DNA from: Neocallimastix sp. 'constans'
Lineage: Eukaryota
Assembly (NCBI GenBank): GCA_050613775.1
Contig: JBODTK010000012.1
Location: forward strand, 1,054,001-1,118,000
Reading direction: 5' to 3'
Length of the DNA: 64,000 nucleotides
Part shown: positions 14,893 through 26,570 of the stretch, in pieces
How the letters are laid out: each line of letters opens with the position of its first letter
Numbering within the stretch: position 1 is the first letter of the stretch
Made by a program: the position numbers and the translations under genes
The notes under the pieces: generated by a model
Databases searched by the model: none
What the model was told of the DNA's origin: nothing
Seen by the model: only the letters and a program-made list of their open reading frames with translations

Positions 14893-17733
14893 TTAATTTT
14901 TTATTTTAATGCATTCTACAACTTCATCTATTACTTCTTCTTTTTCTTCAATAATAGTTAGATTTTCTTCATTTTCTTCATCTCCATTTATAGTTTCTTC
15001 TTCTATTATTTCTTCTTCAATTATTTCTTCTTCTTCTATAACTTCTTCTACTTCTTCTATTATTTCTTCTTCACCTTCTTCATCTGTATCCTCATCAAAT
15101 TCAAATTGATTGAAATTTAATGGATTGTTTTCAATACAAGCCATGAGAGAAGAATTTTCATTCTCATTCAAATATGTATTTTGATTATTAACATCTTCTT
15201 CTTCATTATTAACAGTTTCAGCTTCATCCTTATCTTCCATATGACTTAAATTAAATGTAACTCTCTTACAACACTTTCTAACAGCTATTTCAGATAAATT
15301 TTGATTATTATATGTTTCGACAGAATCAATCTCACTGCTTTCATCTTCTTCCATTCCATAGCTATTACTATTACTATTTGTTTCACAACTATCTTCATCA
15401 CTTAATAGTTTACGATGAATTCTTCTTAATTCACCACTTATTCCACCATCTTCAGAATCAGATTCAAAATCTTGACTCATACTCATATTATCTAATATAC
15501 TTTCTTCATCTGATGATGAGCATTCCTTACTTTCTAACCAAAGTGCAAATACTTTAGCTAATTCTCTTATATCTTTTCTTAATCTTAAGTAATATATTTC
15601 ATGATTAGAATCAGAAGCATTACTTGACGATCTCTTTCTACGAAGAATGGAGCCCGAAGCAGTTCTAGCATGACCACTACGACCACCATTTTTACTTTTG
15701 CTTTTAGTAACACTTTCTAATGATTCTTCATGATTATGATTATTTTGTGAAACTTTAATTTCTGTTTTGGTTTTAGTATTAACATTTTCAATTCCTTCAC
15801 TCTTAGAATAGATATTAGCATTATCTTCTAGAGAGCATGGAATTGCATTCGTTGCGTAATGACCATCAATCATATGACCAAAGCTTCTACAATCACCTTC
15901 AGTAAAGGAATTTGATCTTTTGAGTACTTTTGTGGAAGTATCTTTTTGTAACTTTGGCAGAACACAATAAATAGATGGAGTCATGGGACATGAACGATGA
16001 CTTGAATCTTCTGAATCAGGTAAAAGACGATACCACTTAATAATAATATTTGGATCAATTAATTCAGCTTTATAAATAGCCATTAAAATTCTAAGATGTT
16101 GTTGAAGACGAAGTGAACTTTCTATACAAATATTTTCCAATGCAACGAGTAAATTCATTTGATCTTCTTCTGTATCAGTATAATTCAAGATTAATGCACG
16201 ATAACGAATAAATATTTCATCGATTGCCTCTGTATTTATTAATTGATTCTTTGTTTCTAAATAATTAATAAGAGCTTCTAATATTATACTAATACATGTA
16301 TATGAATTTATATTATTTTTATCTAATTTTACATCTAAATCCATTAAAATCGATGATGAACATAACTCAGACACAATAGATTGATATAAGCAATTATATG
16401 CTTCTTGACGCATAGCACTTACTGGATTTTGTTCAACTTTATTAGCTAATTCCAATTCTTCTTCTTCTTCTTCATCTTTAGTATCATCTTGATGACGCCC
16501 AAAATTGTAATAAATAGAATTCTTTGGAATTTCATTGATTGTTTTACTATCAATAGCATCTATATCCGAATCTATACTGGAATTTGAATCCGAATCCGAA
16601 TCTGATTCCAATTCCGATTCCGGCTCTGATTCCGATTCTGATTCCGATTCTGATTCCCATTCACTAGCTGAACTAGAATCAGTACAAGATTCAGCATCAG
16701 AATCTTTAGCAAAAACGAAATTTCCATTTTCATTTTCACTAAAATATATTTCTATATCTTCTTCACTTTTAGTATTATCATTATCACCATCATTATTTGA
16801 TTCTTTATTTGATGGTTCAGGGTCATCAAAAGTGAAGGTATTAAAATTTTGAAGGGAAAAAGATGGTAGTGAAAGACAGGAAGAAGATGATAATGAAGAA
16901 GCCTTTTTAAGTTTCTTTTGAAGCTTATGTATCTTTTTCTTTAATAATCTTTCCTTATCTTCATATTGCATTATTTCTTGATCCTTCATATCTATTTCAA
17001 ATTCTAATTTCTCTATACGTTCATTATGGCATTTTTCAACAACATATCTTGATTCGCGTTCACGTTGAAGTTCATTTTGGATAGCTTTATTAGTTTCTTT
17101 TAATATATCACGTTTTTGTTTCATTGCTTTATAACTAGTTTCGACATTCCTATTTATAATACGACAAGCGTTCAGTTGTACCATTAATTGTTCACTTTGA
17201 TTTATGAACTGAGCTTTTTCACGCTTTAATTCTTCTAATTGATATTTCATTGTTCTTATTTCATAAATTCTATATAAAAGATATACTAAAGTTTCAAATG
17301 GATTTAGTATAATACATAATATTTTGTCGAGAACAAAAGCTGTAAATACAAATATACATTTAAAAGTTATAGACATAAAAGAAACTATTGATGCCACTTC
17401 AAAAGCATTATTCTTCGAATATTTTGAAGTTCCCATGATATATGCTGAGGCTGTCTTATTGTTATTATTATTATTATTACTATTATTATTTATTCTAGTA
17501 GTTGTAGTGGTTGTCTTCTTACTTGATGAAGAAGACACTGACATATATACTGATTGATTATTACCATTATTGTATTTTCTATATAATGTTTGAATTGGAG
17601 GAGATGATATATATGATGTAGTAGTTGTGGTTGTTGAATTAGGTGATTTTACAGTAGATTTTTCTTGCGAATATTTTCCCATAGATATTACTTGAGAAAA
17701 TACCACAGGTACTGAAATTGTTTGTGATTGCAT
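14893..17733 (-). CDS. Intronless ~946-aa protein: hydrophobic segment, coiled coil, acidic tracts and a W2 (eIF2B-epsilon/eIF5/eIF4G C-terminal HEAT-like) domain
   Basis: Long ORF whose first ATG is at 17733 (the track start at 17784 is not ATG). W2-like motifs EDQMNLLVALENIC, IYKAELIDPNIIIKWY and FALWLES..SSSDEES. Heptad-rich coiled coil around 16900-17250. Confidence 0.8.
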   Translation of the reverse strand: MQSQTISVPVVFSQVISMGKYSQEKSTVKSPNSTTTTTTSYISSPPIQTLYRKYNNGNNQSVYMSVSSSSSKKTTTTTTRINNNSNNNNNNNKTASAYIMGTSKYSKNNAFEVASIVSFMSITFKCIFVFTAFVLDKILCIILNPFETLVYLLYRIYEIRTMKYQLEELKREKAQFINQSEQLMVQLNACRIINRNVETSYKAMKQKRDILKETNKAIQNELQRERESRYVVEKCHNERIEKLEFEIDMKDQEIMQYEDKERLLKKKIHKLQKKLKKASSLSSSSCLSLPSFSLQNFNTFTFDDPEPSNKESNNDGDNDNTKSEEDIEIYFSENENGNFVFAKDSDAESCTDSSSASEWESESESESESEPESELESDSDSDSNSSIDSDIDAIDSKTINEIPKNSIYYNFGRHQDDTKDEEEEEELELANKVEQNPVSAMRQEAYNCLYQSIVSELCSSSILMDLDVKLDKNNINSYTCISIILEALINYLETKNQLINTEAIDEIFIRYRALILNYTDTEEDQMNLLVALENICIESSLRLQQHLRILMAIYKAELIDPNIIIKWYRLLPDSEDSSHRSCPMTPSIYCVLPKLQKDTSTKVLKRSNSFTEGDCRSFGHMIDGHYATNAIPCSLEDNANIYSKSEGIENVNTKTKTEIKVSQNNHNHEESLESVTKSKSKNGGRSGHARTASGSILRRKRSSSNASDSNHEIYYLRLRKDIRELAKVFALWLESKECSSSDEESILDNMSMSQDFESDSEDGGISGELRRIHRKLLSDEDSCETNSNSNSYGMEEDESSEIDSVETYNNQNLSEIAVRKCCKRVTFNLSHMEDKDEAETVNNEEEDVNNQNTYLNENENSSLMACIENNPLNFNQFEFDEDTDEEGEEEIIEEVEEVIEEEEIIEEEIIEEETINGDEENEENLTIIEEKEEVIDEVVECIKIKN

Positions 17734-19369
17734 TCTAATATCTATATTGATTATAAAAAGTAAAAAAAAAAACGAATAGTACAAAAATTTATATCGAGAT
17801 TTTATTACTTTTAATTTTTTAACAAAACTTTTACAAATTATATTTACTAAGAATATGAATAATAAAAATTATATTTATTGTTATATATATTAAATAATTC
17901 TTTTAATTTATTCTTTGTAAATATGATTATAAAAAAGATGTTGAAAAAAAATATTTTTGAAGTATTTATTTATAAATTTTTTTCTTATTATTATAAATAT
18001 ATACAAATACTATTTTAATGTTCTTAGTTTTAATGTGTTTACTTCAATAATTTTTTTTTACTTCAATTTTGTTTTATTATCCCTTGATAAGTATATTTCT
18101 GGTTATTATTTTTATTATTTCTTTTGAAAAATATTCAATTCTTATTTAATTATTGTATTTCTTTTAAAAAAAATGATAGTAAATAAACTTTATTTTTTTT
18201 CTAAATTATATATATTTATAAAATAATTATCTTAAATTAAATTAAAATTAAGTTTAATAAAAAAGATTGATAATTTTTCTCTTTTTTACAATCGAAATAT
18301 ATAATATTTATATATATTTTAAAAAAGAAAGAATATTAATCTTTTTTACAAACTAATTACAACTTTTTAATATTTTACTTTCTTTGTTTGTGTTTTCAAT
18401 TTTTTTTTTTTTAATTATTCTTCTAATTATAATATTATTTTAATAAACCATAAAAGTCTGGTGTAAATTATTAAAATCACAACAATTGAACTTTAAAAAC
18501 ATTTTAATCTTAATAAAATTTGGTTTTTAAAACAATTTCGTTATATAATTTAGCTTTTATTAATGTTTATTATACTTTGTTTTTTTTTTTTTTTAATAAT
18601 AATTATTAATATATTATTAATTGCTTTCTATTTAATTATTATATTATTTATAAAATGGTATTTATTTTCTTTTATAATATTGAATATGTATTGTTAATTT
18701 ATAAAATTTAACTTTTAATATTATTTTTATTGTATTATTAATTAAAAAATTATTAATATAATTTATATTTTTTTTTTATTATTAATACTATTTATTTAAT
18801 ATTTTAAATATTTTAAATTGGTCGATTATAATTAATTTTTGTTTATTTTTTTTATTTTTAAATTTTGTTTTATTTAAAATAATATCCTTTATTAATATTA
18901 AATTTATATTACTATTTTTTTGCTGTTTTTTTTTTTTTTTATTTATTAAATGTTTTTTTAAATTGTTTTATTTTTTTTCTTCTCAATTTTTATTTTTTAA
19001 TTATTTTACTTTTTTTTGAAAGTTCTCAAAAAAAAATTTTTTTTTTTGAAAATAAGAAATAAAAAAAATTGTTTTAAAATTTATAATAAAAAGAAAAACT
19101 TTAGTATTTATATGAAAAGTTTAAATTATGAAAAAATAGAAAGGTAAATAAATATAGAATAAATAAAATATTCTTTTTTTTACGTTGTTATATTTTGTTT
19201 ATTAATTAAAATATATATTACTATTCAATATATATATATATTAAATTTTTAATAATTAGACTAATTAATATGCTTTTTTAATATAATATAATTTAAAGTT
19301 ATTTCTTTAATATTATGAATAATTTTAATTAATTTTATTATTTATAATTTATTTATCCATTTATATATA

Positions 19370-19625
19370 TTTATTATTTATTTATTTATTTATTTATTAT
19401 TTATTTATTATTTATTTATTATTTATTTATTTATTATTCATTATTCATTTATTATTTATTTATTATTTATTATTTATTATTCAATTATTTATTATTTATT
19501 ATTTATTTATTATTTATTTATTATTTACTATTTATTTATTATTATTATTTTATTTTTTATTTATTATTTACTATTTATTTATTATTTATTTATTATTTAT
19601 TATTTATTATTCAATTATTTATTAT
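19370..19625. repeat. Degenerate (TTATTAT/TTAT)n microsatellite
   Basis: Direct inspection. Confidence 0.8.
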
Positions 19626-20534
19626 TTAGTAAAATGGTTCAAAGGAATAAAAAAGGACATCTATTATTAATAACAAAAAAATATTTAGAAATAACTTTTA
19701 AAAATTTTAATCATTAATAATTATTCATATCAATTGTTTATTAATAATATTCATTATTTTTTTATTAAATATATTTATATATATTTATATTATATTTAAT
19801 ATTAAATCCATCCTGTTATATATTAATATATATTATTACCTTAATTTTATATTATAATATATTTATAATATAAATTATAATTACACTGTAACATATTCAA
19901 ATTTTTTAATATTTTTTTAATATAATTAATAGCGTTTAGTCATCAATTCACTTAACTATTTTTAATATATTATATATATTAATATAAATGATCTATTCAA
20001 TATATAATTATATTTTAAAAAAATAAATATATAACTTTTTATTATTATTTAAAATTTATTTATAATATATTTAATAATAAATTAAAACATACTTAATAAT
20101 TAAAGGAGATATATATTTAATATAATATTTTTCAATTTAAATGTTTTGTAACCTATCTTATTAATTAATTTCAACAATAATAAAGTGAATCAAATGTAAA
20201 CAAAATTGTATTAATAATGTACATTATAATATGTACAAATTCAACTTTAAAAAACATATTTAATTAGGTGAAGAATATATTAAAATAATATAATGTAAAT
20301 AAATTTCAAAAAAGAACTGAAAATGATAATTACGTAAATAATATTTATATATTTTATTAATTATTATTAATATTTCGATGTTTATTCCGTTTAGATATAA
20401 ATTAAGGGATTAAATGTTTAATTAAAAATATATTAAAATAAATAAAATTTTAATTAATTACTATTTATTATTTATTATTTATTTATTACTTATCATATAT
20501 TATATATTATATATCATATATTATTTATTATTAA

Positions 20535-20922
20535 TCTTATTATTTATTATTTATTATTTATTATTTATTATTTATTATTTATTATTCAATTATTTATTAT
20601 TTATTATTTATTATTCATTATTTATTATTTATTATTCATTATTTATTATTCATTATTTATTATTTATTATTTATTATTTATTATTTATTATTTATTATTT
20701 ATTATTCAATTATTTATTATTTATTATTTATTATTTATTATTTATTATTTATTATTTATTATTTATTATTTATTATTTATTATTTATTATTTATTATTTA
20801 TTATTTATTATTTATTATTTATTATTCATTATTTATTATTTATTATTTATTATTTATTATTTATTATTTATTATTTATTATTCAATTATTTATTATTTAT
20901 TATTTATTATTTATTTATTATT
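20535..20922. repeat. (ATTATTT)n heptamer satellite
   Basis: Direct inspection; occasional C variants. Confidence 0.9.
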
Positions 20923-21095
20923 CAAAACATTTTAGCACTAAAATTTATAATTGTTCATTAATATTAAAAATTCAAATAGAAATAAAAAATTTTATATTCA
21001 TTTGTAAAGCCAAAAGAAATTTATTATACAATAATAGTTAAGTTTTGATAAATAAAGTGAATTTAAATATGTATATCCATTTTTTAAAAGAAAGA

Positions 21096-21154
21096 GTCAC
21101 TTTGAGGGAGTGGTTAACGTGGTAGCCTGTTAAACCATTTCCCTGTAGGTGACA
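21096..21154 (+). pseudogene. Truncated tRNA (Ser-like) pseudogene or tRNA-derived fragment
   Basis: GTCACTT...AGGTGAC-A can form a 7-bp acceptor stem. A-box-like GAGTGGTTAA and anticodon-loop-like CTGTTAA are present, and the 3' end CCTGTAGGTGAC is followed by A and T runs. The variable arm and TPsiC GGTTCG are missing (59 nt total). Confidence 0.55.
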
Positions 21155-22036
21155 AAAAAAATTTTTTTATTAATAGTATTTCCAGTTTTTATCCTTGTTA
21201 GTACTAGGGACTAACAGGTACGAAGTTTTTTTTTTTCCCTTTATTTTCCCTTTATTAATTGAAATTTTTTAGTTATAAAATTTTCATGTTTCATTTCTAT
21301 TTCATGATTTTTCAATTATAAGTTATTAATTATTTATTTTTCTAATAAAAATATGTTAAGAATAAAATACGAATATGTATATTTTTTATAATAAAATACG
21401 AATTTATTTATGATATTCTATAGTCTATTCAATTTTGTCATATTATGAATTATTTATGTAATTATATAATGTTTTAGTAATAAAATATTATTTAGAAATG
21501 TTTAAAAATATTTCGTTATATAATCCATTTTTAGATATTTACATGTAATAATAATAATTATATCTTTTTTTTTTTTTTTTTTTTTTTTTGATAAATTAAT
21601 TTTTCTTTTTAATTAATTATTAATTATAGGTCATTCACTTTTTTTTTTAATATTAAATATTCTTTTTTTTTTGTATATCTTAGTAATTTAATATTTAATT
21701 GGCAGATCAATATTATTTATTTATCTATTAGTTATATATTAATAATATTTTAATTATTATTATTATTATTAGAATATGTGAAATATATGAAAAATACGCT
21801 TCAAATGTAATGTAATAAATCGTAATATAAATAATATATAAGCCACAATCCATTAATATAAAAGCATATAATTTTGAATAATTAAATTCTTTATCATTAA
21901 TTATAATAATAAAATTGGCATAATTATAAACCATAAATTCTTGAATCTTAACAACTATCATCACAATTAATATATGATTTATATTTTTATTTTAACATTT
22001 TTATTATTTATTTGTTTATTTATATATATTTATTAT

Positions 22037-23050
22037 AAAGTGTTGTATTTCGAAAAGTAGCTTTTCTGAAACTGTAGCGTTTCTTAATTTTAATAAATAA
22101 ATTAATAAATAAATAATTTATTAATTTTATTAAATAATGTCAAAAGATTTTTTTTTATTTTAATATTTATATATTAAAAAAATAAATGTATATTCTGAAT
22201 TCCGCCAAGTGGCGCATTAAGAAAGGTTCCACTCGACATTAATAAAGAACAAAAAATATTTTTATATATTTTTCCTTCAATTTATAATGTACTTTTTTAT
22301 TTATTTAAAATAAATATAATTAATGATATTTATTGATAGCTTTTTAGTTATATAAATATATTAAGCATAATTCTCTAATATATATATATATATTTTATAT
22401 ATAATAATTATTTAATTTTTTTTTTTTTTTTTTTTTTTTAACAAGGAACCGAATATACTTCCATTGTTTTATTTATTAATCATTAAAATATTCATATATT
22501 ATATGAATATTTAAGTGTAAAAATACATTATAAATATATTAAAATAAATAGAAATATATAAAAAAAAAAGTATCAAACAAAAAAATATTAAGATTAAAAT
22601 TTAATAAAAGATAATGTCAATGTAATACAAGGAAAATAAAGAAAAAATTTAAAAGTTATTATGGTATTATAATATGAATAAATCTCATTTCTATCAAAAA
22701 TATTTAATAAAATAAAACAAAATAAGTAACAACAACTGTAAAGTAGATAGTGTAGAGACCACTAAACTCTCCCTCGAACCAAGAAAAATATTATAAGGAG
22801 ATTTAATTACTGTATATCCGTTGTGTAAAGAACTATTATTACTATTTAGATAAGATGTACTAAGAGGATTAGTAATAAAGGTTCTTCTTTGTCATATCGG
22901 TTCAATGTTAACTTTCTTGATTGTGAAGGATTTTTTTTAGTATACCAATCAAAGAGTAATTCAAGAGAGCTATTAACAACTGGTATAGGGCTGATAAGGT
23001 AATCCGCATGGCTAATTACATATGGAACATTAGACCTAGAACTCTTAATT

Positions 23051-23085
<35 letters not shown>

Positions 23086-25096
23086 TTATTTCTTGTGTAG
23101 AACTCTTTAAAAAAAGTTCTTTTAAATATCTTTGTTCCCCAGTAATTAATTGTACCTCATCTAAAACTAAAGGTCCACCAAGAAAGAATATAAAAATATA
23201 TTTATTAATTCGATTTTCACAATCTAAAATAAATGAGTAGGAAAAGACTTAAGGTAAATTTCTTATCTTACTTCCAAAAAAAATAAAAAAGGTTATTGAT
23301 GTAATCTATTGATTTCAATCTAGTATTTGAAAATGTGGAACATTCAGATATCCAATAGATAAATGATTGATCACCTTTACCACAACATGGACAACATTTG
23401 GGACAATTTTCTGTTAACTATACCACTACTAAAGGTAATAGTGGTATTGTATTTATATGAACATAGTAATATTTTAAATAGTAATGTGAAATAAAAAGTA
23501 AAATTCAAAATAAAGTATATAAATAAATTCAAAAAAAAAAAAAAAAAAAAAAAAAAAGGTTCATATACAACGAACCTCACTTCCAAGATTATAAGGTTTC
23601 TGTTTAAAAGTAATTTTTATTCCAGATTAGGGTTTTAATTGACTATCTGAAAGAAATTGGTCTTCTCGATTGTGTTGCAACACAATCAAGAATATTAAGG
23701 AATATTACATTTCGGAATATTGCTTTTAAATTAAAATTTAATTCATATTTTAACGCCTCGCATTTTTTTTTTTTTAAATAATTGTAAATAAATAAATAAA
23801 TAAAGAAAAATAGAAATAAATAAAAAAGGTAAATTTTTTTTTTTTTTAAACAACAAAAAAATTTTCTCAAGGACATTATGTAACATTAAAAAAAAAAAAA
23901 AAAAAAATAGAATAAAATAAATAAAATTAATAAAATAAATAAATAAATAAATAATAAATATTAAAAAATTAAATTTAATAAATAAAAAATAAAAAATTAA
24001 ATATATTTTATTTTTAATTGAGGAAAAGAACAAATTATTATAAATAAAAAATATAAACATAATTTTTCAAAAACAGAGAAGGATAATTCAAAAGTATATA
24101 TATGTACTGATTATAAAACATCATATAAATGTAAATCTTTCATTATTTTAAACAATAAAAAGGAGATACTAAAATATGAAAGCTTACATAATCATCTCGA
24201 AAAAAAATTTGATGTATCGATATCAATAGCGAAATAAAAATTTAAAGAAGAAATTAGAAAAAGTTCAGTTCCTTTTGAAATAAAACGAAAATGTACATTT
24301 AATAAAATTTCTCAAGAAATGGAATTTATATGTTCTGAATATAATACAATTAAATCCAAAATATCAAGAAATATAAATAAACAACAACCTCCTGATGTAA
24401 AATCTTTTGATGAAATCCCGAATGAATCAGAATATTATAAAACAAAAAGAGATAAAAGCTTTATAATATTCAAAAAATTCAAATATAATAATTTTTCAAT
24501 CTCCATTTCAAGCTGAATTATTTTTAAAATATAATGATATATTCGCAGATGAAACATTCTCTATAACACCAAAATTTAGTTATCAAATTTTCATTATAAG
24601 AGCTTTTATTAAAGAATTGAATTATTTTTACACTACTTTTTTTTTTTTTTTTTTTCTATATTAAAAAATAAAGAGCAAACAACTAATGAAATATTACTAG
24701 AAGAAATAAAAAAAAAAAAAAAAATTCTTGTAAATATAATAATATTTTAAATGCACCAAAAAAATTTTCATTGTGATTTTGAAATAAGAATATCTAATGC
24801 TGTAAAAAAAAAAAAGTTTTTCCTAATATTAATATTATGCTTTTCACTCTAAAAGTGCATTAGTAAAAAAATAAAAATAAATTATGTTTTAATGAAGTGG
24901 AATATAATAAAGATTTGTATATTTATTATATTTTAAAATAAAATTATTATTAATTACTTTTAAATATCTTATTATTTATTAAAAATTTAAATATTATTAT
25001 TTATTTATCAAATATAATTTAAGTCAGTCACTTTTACATTAAAGTTAATTTACGCTTGCATTTCATATAATGTCACTTTCCGAAATGCAACACTCC
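22037..25096 (+). mobile_element. Second, heavily decayed MULE element with imperfect TIRs and a nested LINE fragment
   Basis: Left AAAGTGTTGTATTTCGAAAAGT (22037) matches the reverse complement of the right ACTTTCCGAAATGCAACACTCC (25075-25096). Transposase remnants at ~24040-24930 are homologous to 2582-4574 (KVYICTDYKT, PPDVKSFDEIP, HCDFE). No TSD recognised. Confidence 0.72.
22416..23700 (-). mobile_element. Degenerate LINE 3' fragment with poly(A) tail, nested in MULE 2
   Basis: poly(T) at ~22416-22439. The segment at 22736-22785 (TAGATAGTGT..CCACTAAACTCTCCC) matches the LINE at 25771-25815. Zinc-knuckle remnant PKCCPCCG at ~23379-23402. Confidence 0.7.
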
Positions 25097-25099
25097 TTT

Positions 25100-25380
25100 A
25101 GAAGACTTTCTTACTGCATTTTCAGCGTTGACGCTCCTGGCTAATTTGCGCTTATACCGTTGGAATAGCAACTCTTGTCGAGTACTAGCCCAAGGCATAA
25201 TTTCTGTTAAGAGAGCCGCAGATCGCACAAAGAATGGCTTTTTTGAATAATCACCAGAAATGATTTAGTTCTTAAACAAAGCATCCCATTTCCTTTTTAT
25301 AATTTAAATCAATAATGTCTGCATCTCTTCCACCAAGAACGAAGTTGTATATTTGATACCACGTCACATATATATTTCCA
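25100..25380 (-). mobile_element. Small LINE ORF2 C-terminal remnant
   Basis: CGTTGACGCTCCTGG and CCACCAAGAA segments resemble those in the LINEs at 11410/11622 and 25903. Confidence 0.5.
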
Positions 25381-25520
25381 CACTCATTATTCAGAAAATT
25401 TACTTAAATTAACAAGATTTTCACTAATTAAACTATTCACTGCATTATTAGCTAACGATACTATTATTTTCATTAATACTAATATTCATTGATATTAATA
25501 TTCCTATTTTCTCTATCACT

Positions 25521-25522
<2 letters not shown>

Positions 25523-25554
<32 letters not shown>

Positions 25555-26570
25555 CAGGGAAGAGAATACACTTCCAAAACTTTATTAATTTTGTTATAAA
25601 AAAAATACATGTAGGTGAAAAGTACATTATAAATTAAAAATAAAAATAAAACTTAAAAAATAAAAAATAAAAAAGCTCAAAAAAATACTATGTATTTCGA
25701 CAAGTTGTACTATGCGGGAATTTTTCCCTTCCTGAACAAATAAAAAAGAAATAAAACCTAGAAGTGACATCTTTAAAATAGATAGTGTGGTGTCCACTAA
25801 ACTCTCCCCGGATTCATCATAGATTGAACTACTAGGGCGAGATTCACCCTTCGTAGAAATAGATGATGATCCTGTATTATCAATTATGCCTTATCAGTAC
25901 GACGTCGACGCTCTTGGTTAAGTTTGGTAATTTGGAATACCTATCAAATAATAGCTCAAACGAACTACTCGTGATAGGTATTGCCCTTGTTAAGAATTCC
26001 GCCAAGCCCACAATTTTTGGAACAGGTGACTCAGATGAACCTTTGAAAAGTAGTTCATTTAATTGTCTTTATTCCCCACTATCGAAATGTGGCTCATTTA
26101 AAACTAAAGTTCCACCTAAAAAAGGAACAAGTATATATAATGATTGAGCAAGTATATATAATCATCAAAATCAGAAATAAATACATAGGAAGAAAGAGGA
26201 TTAAACGCTCTAATCTTCCTAAGGAATAAAAACATAGAAATCATCGATGAAATTTAAAGAATTCCATCTAAAAGATGCAAGAGCATCACCTTTAAAAATC
26301 CAATGTTCAAAAGATTGATTACCTTCGCCACAACAGGGGCAAGTCTTGGGCCAATCTTCTGAAACTCTACCCATTCTAATAACCACAGTGTAAACGTATA
26401 ACCCACGAAATCCCTATATTGAATTGAGGATATTTTAAGCTAAGCATAATAATAGTATCACTAATTCTACTACTATTAAAAATATTATTTCTATTGCTAT
26501 TTTTATTAACATTATAAACTTCCTTACTACTATTAGAATCTGTATTTGATACTATATTATTCATATCTAG
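25523..26570 (-). mobile_element. LINE 3' fragment (zinc knuckle, 3' UTR and poly(A))
   Basis: poly(T) at 25523-25551. Minus-strand PKTCPCCGEGNQSFEHWIF and LKYPQFNIGISWVIRLHCGY are homologous to the C-terminus of the 11240-13500 LINE. Confidence 0.8.

Noticed and set aside
14909..17557. Plus-strand ORFs inside the 963-aa ORF (likewise 33219-33642, 11316-11648, 25863-26147)
   Set aside because: Antisense shadows of real genes or LINE coding sequence.
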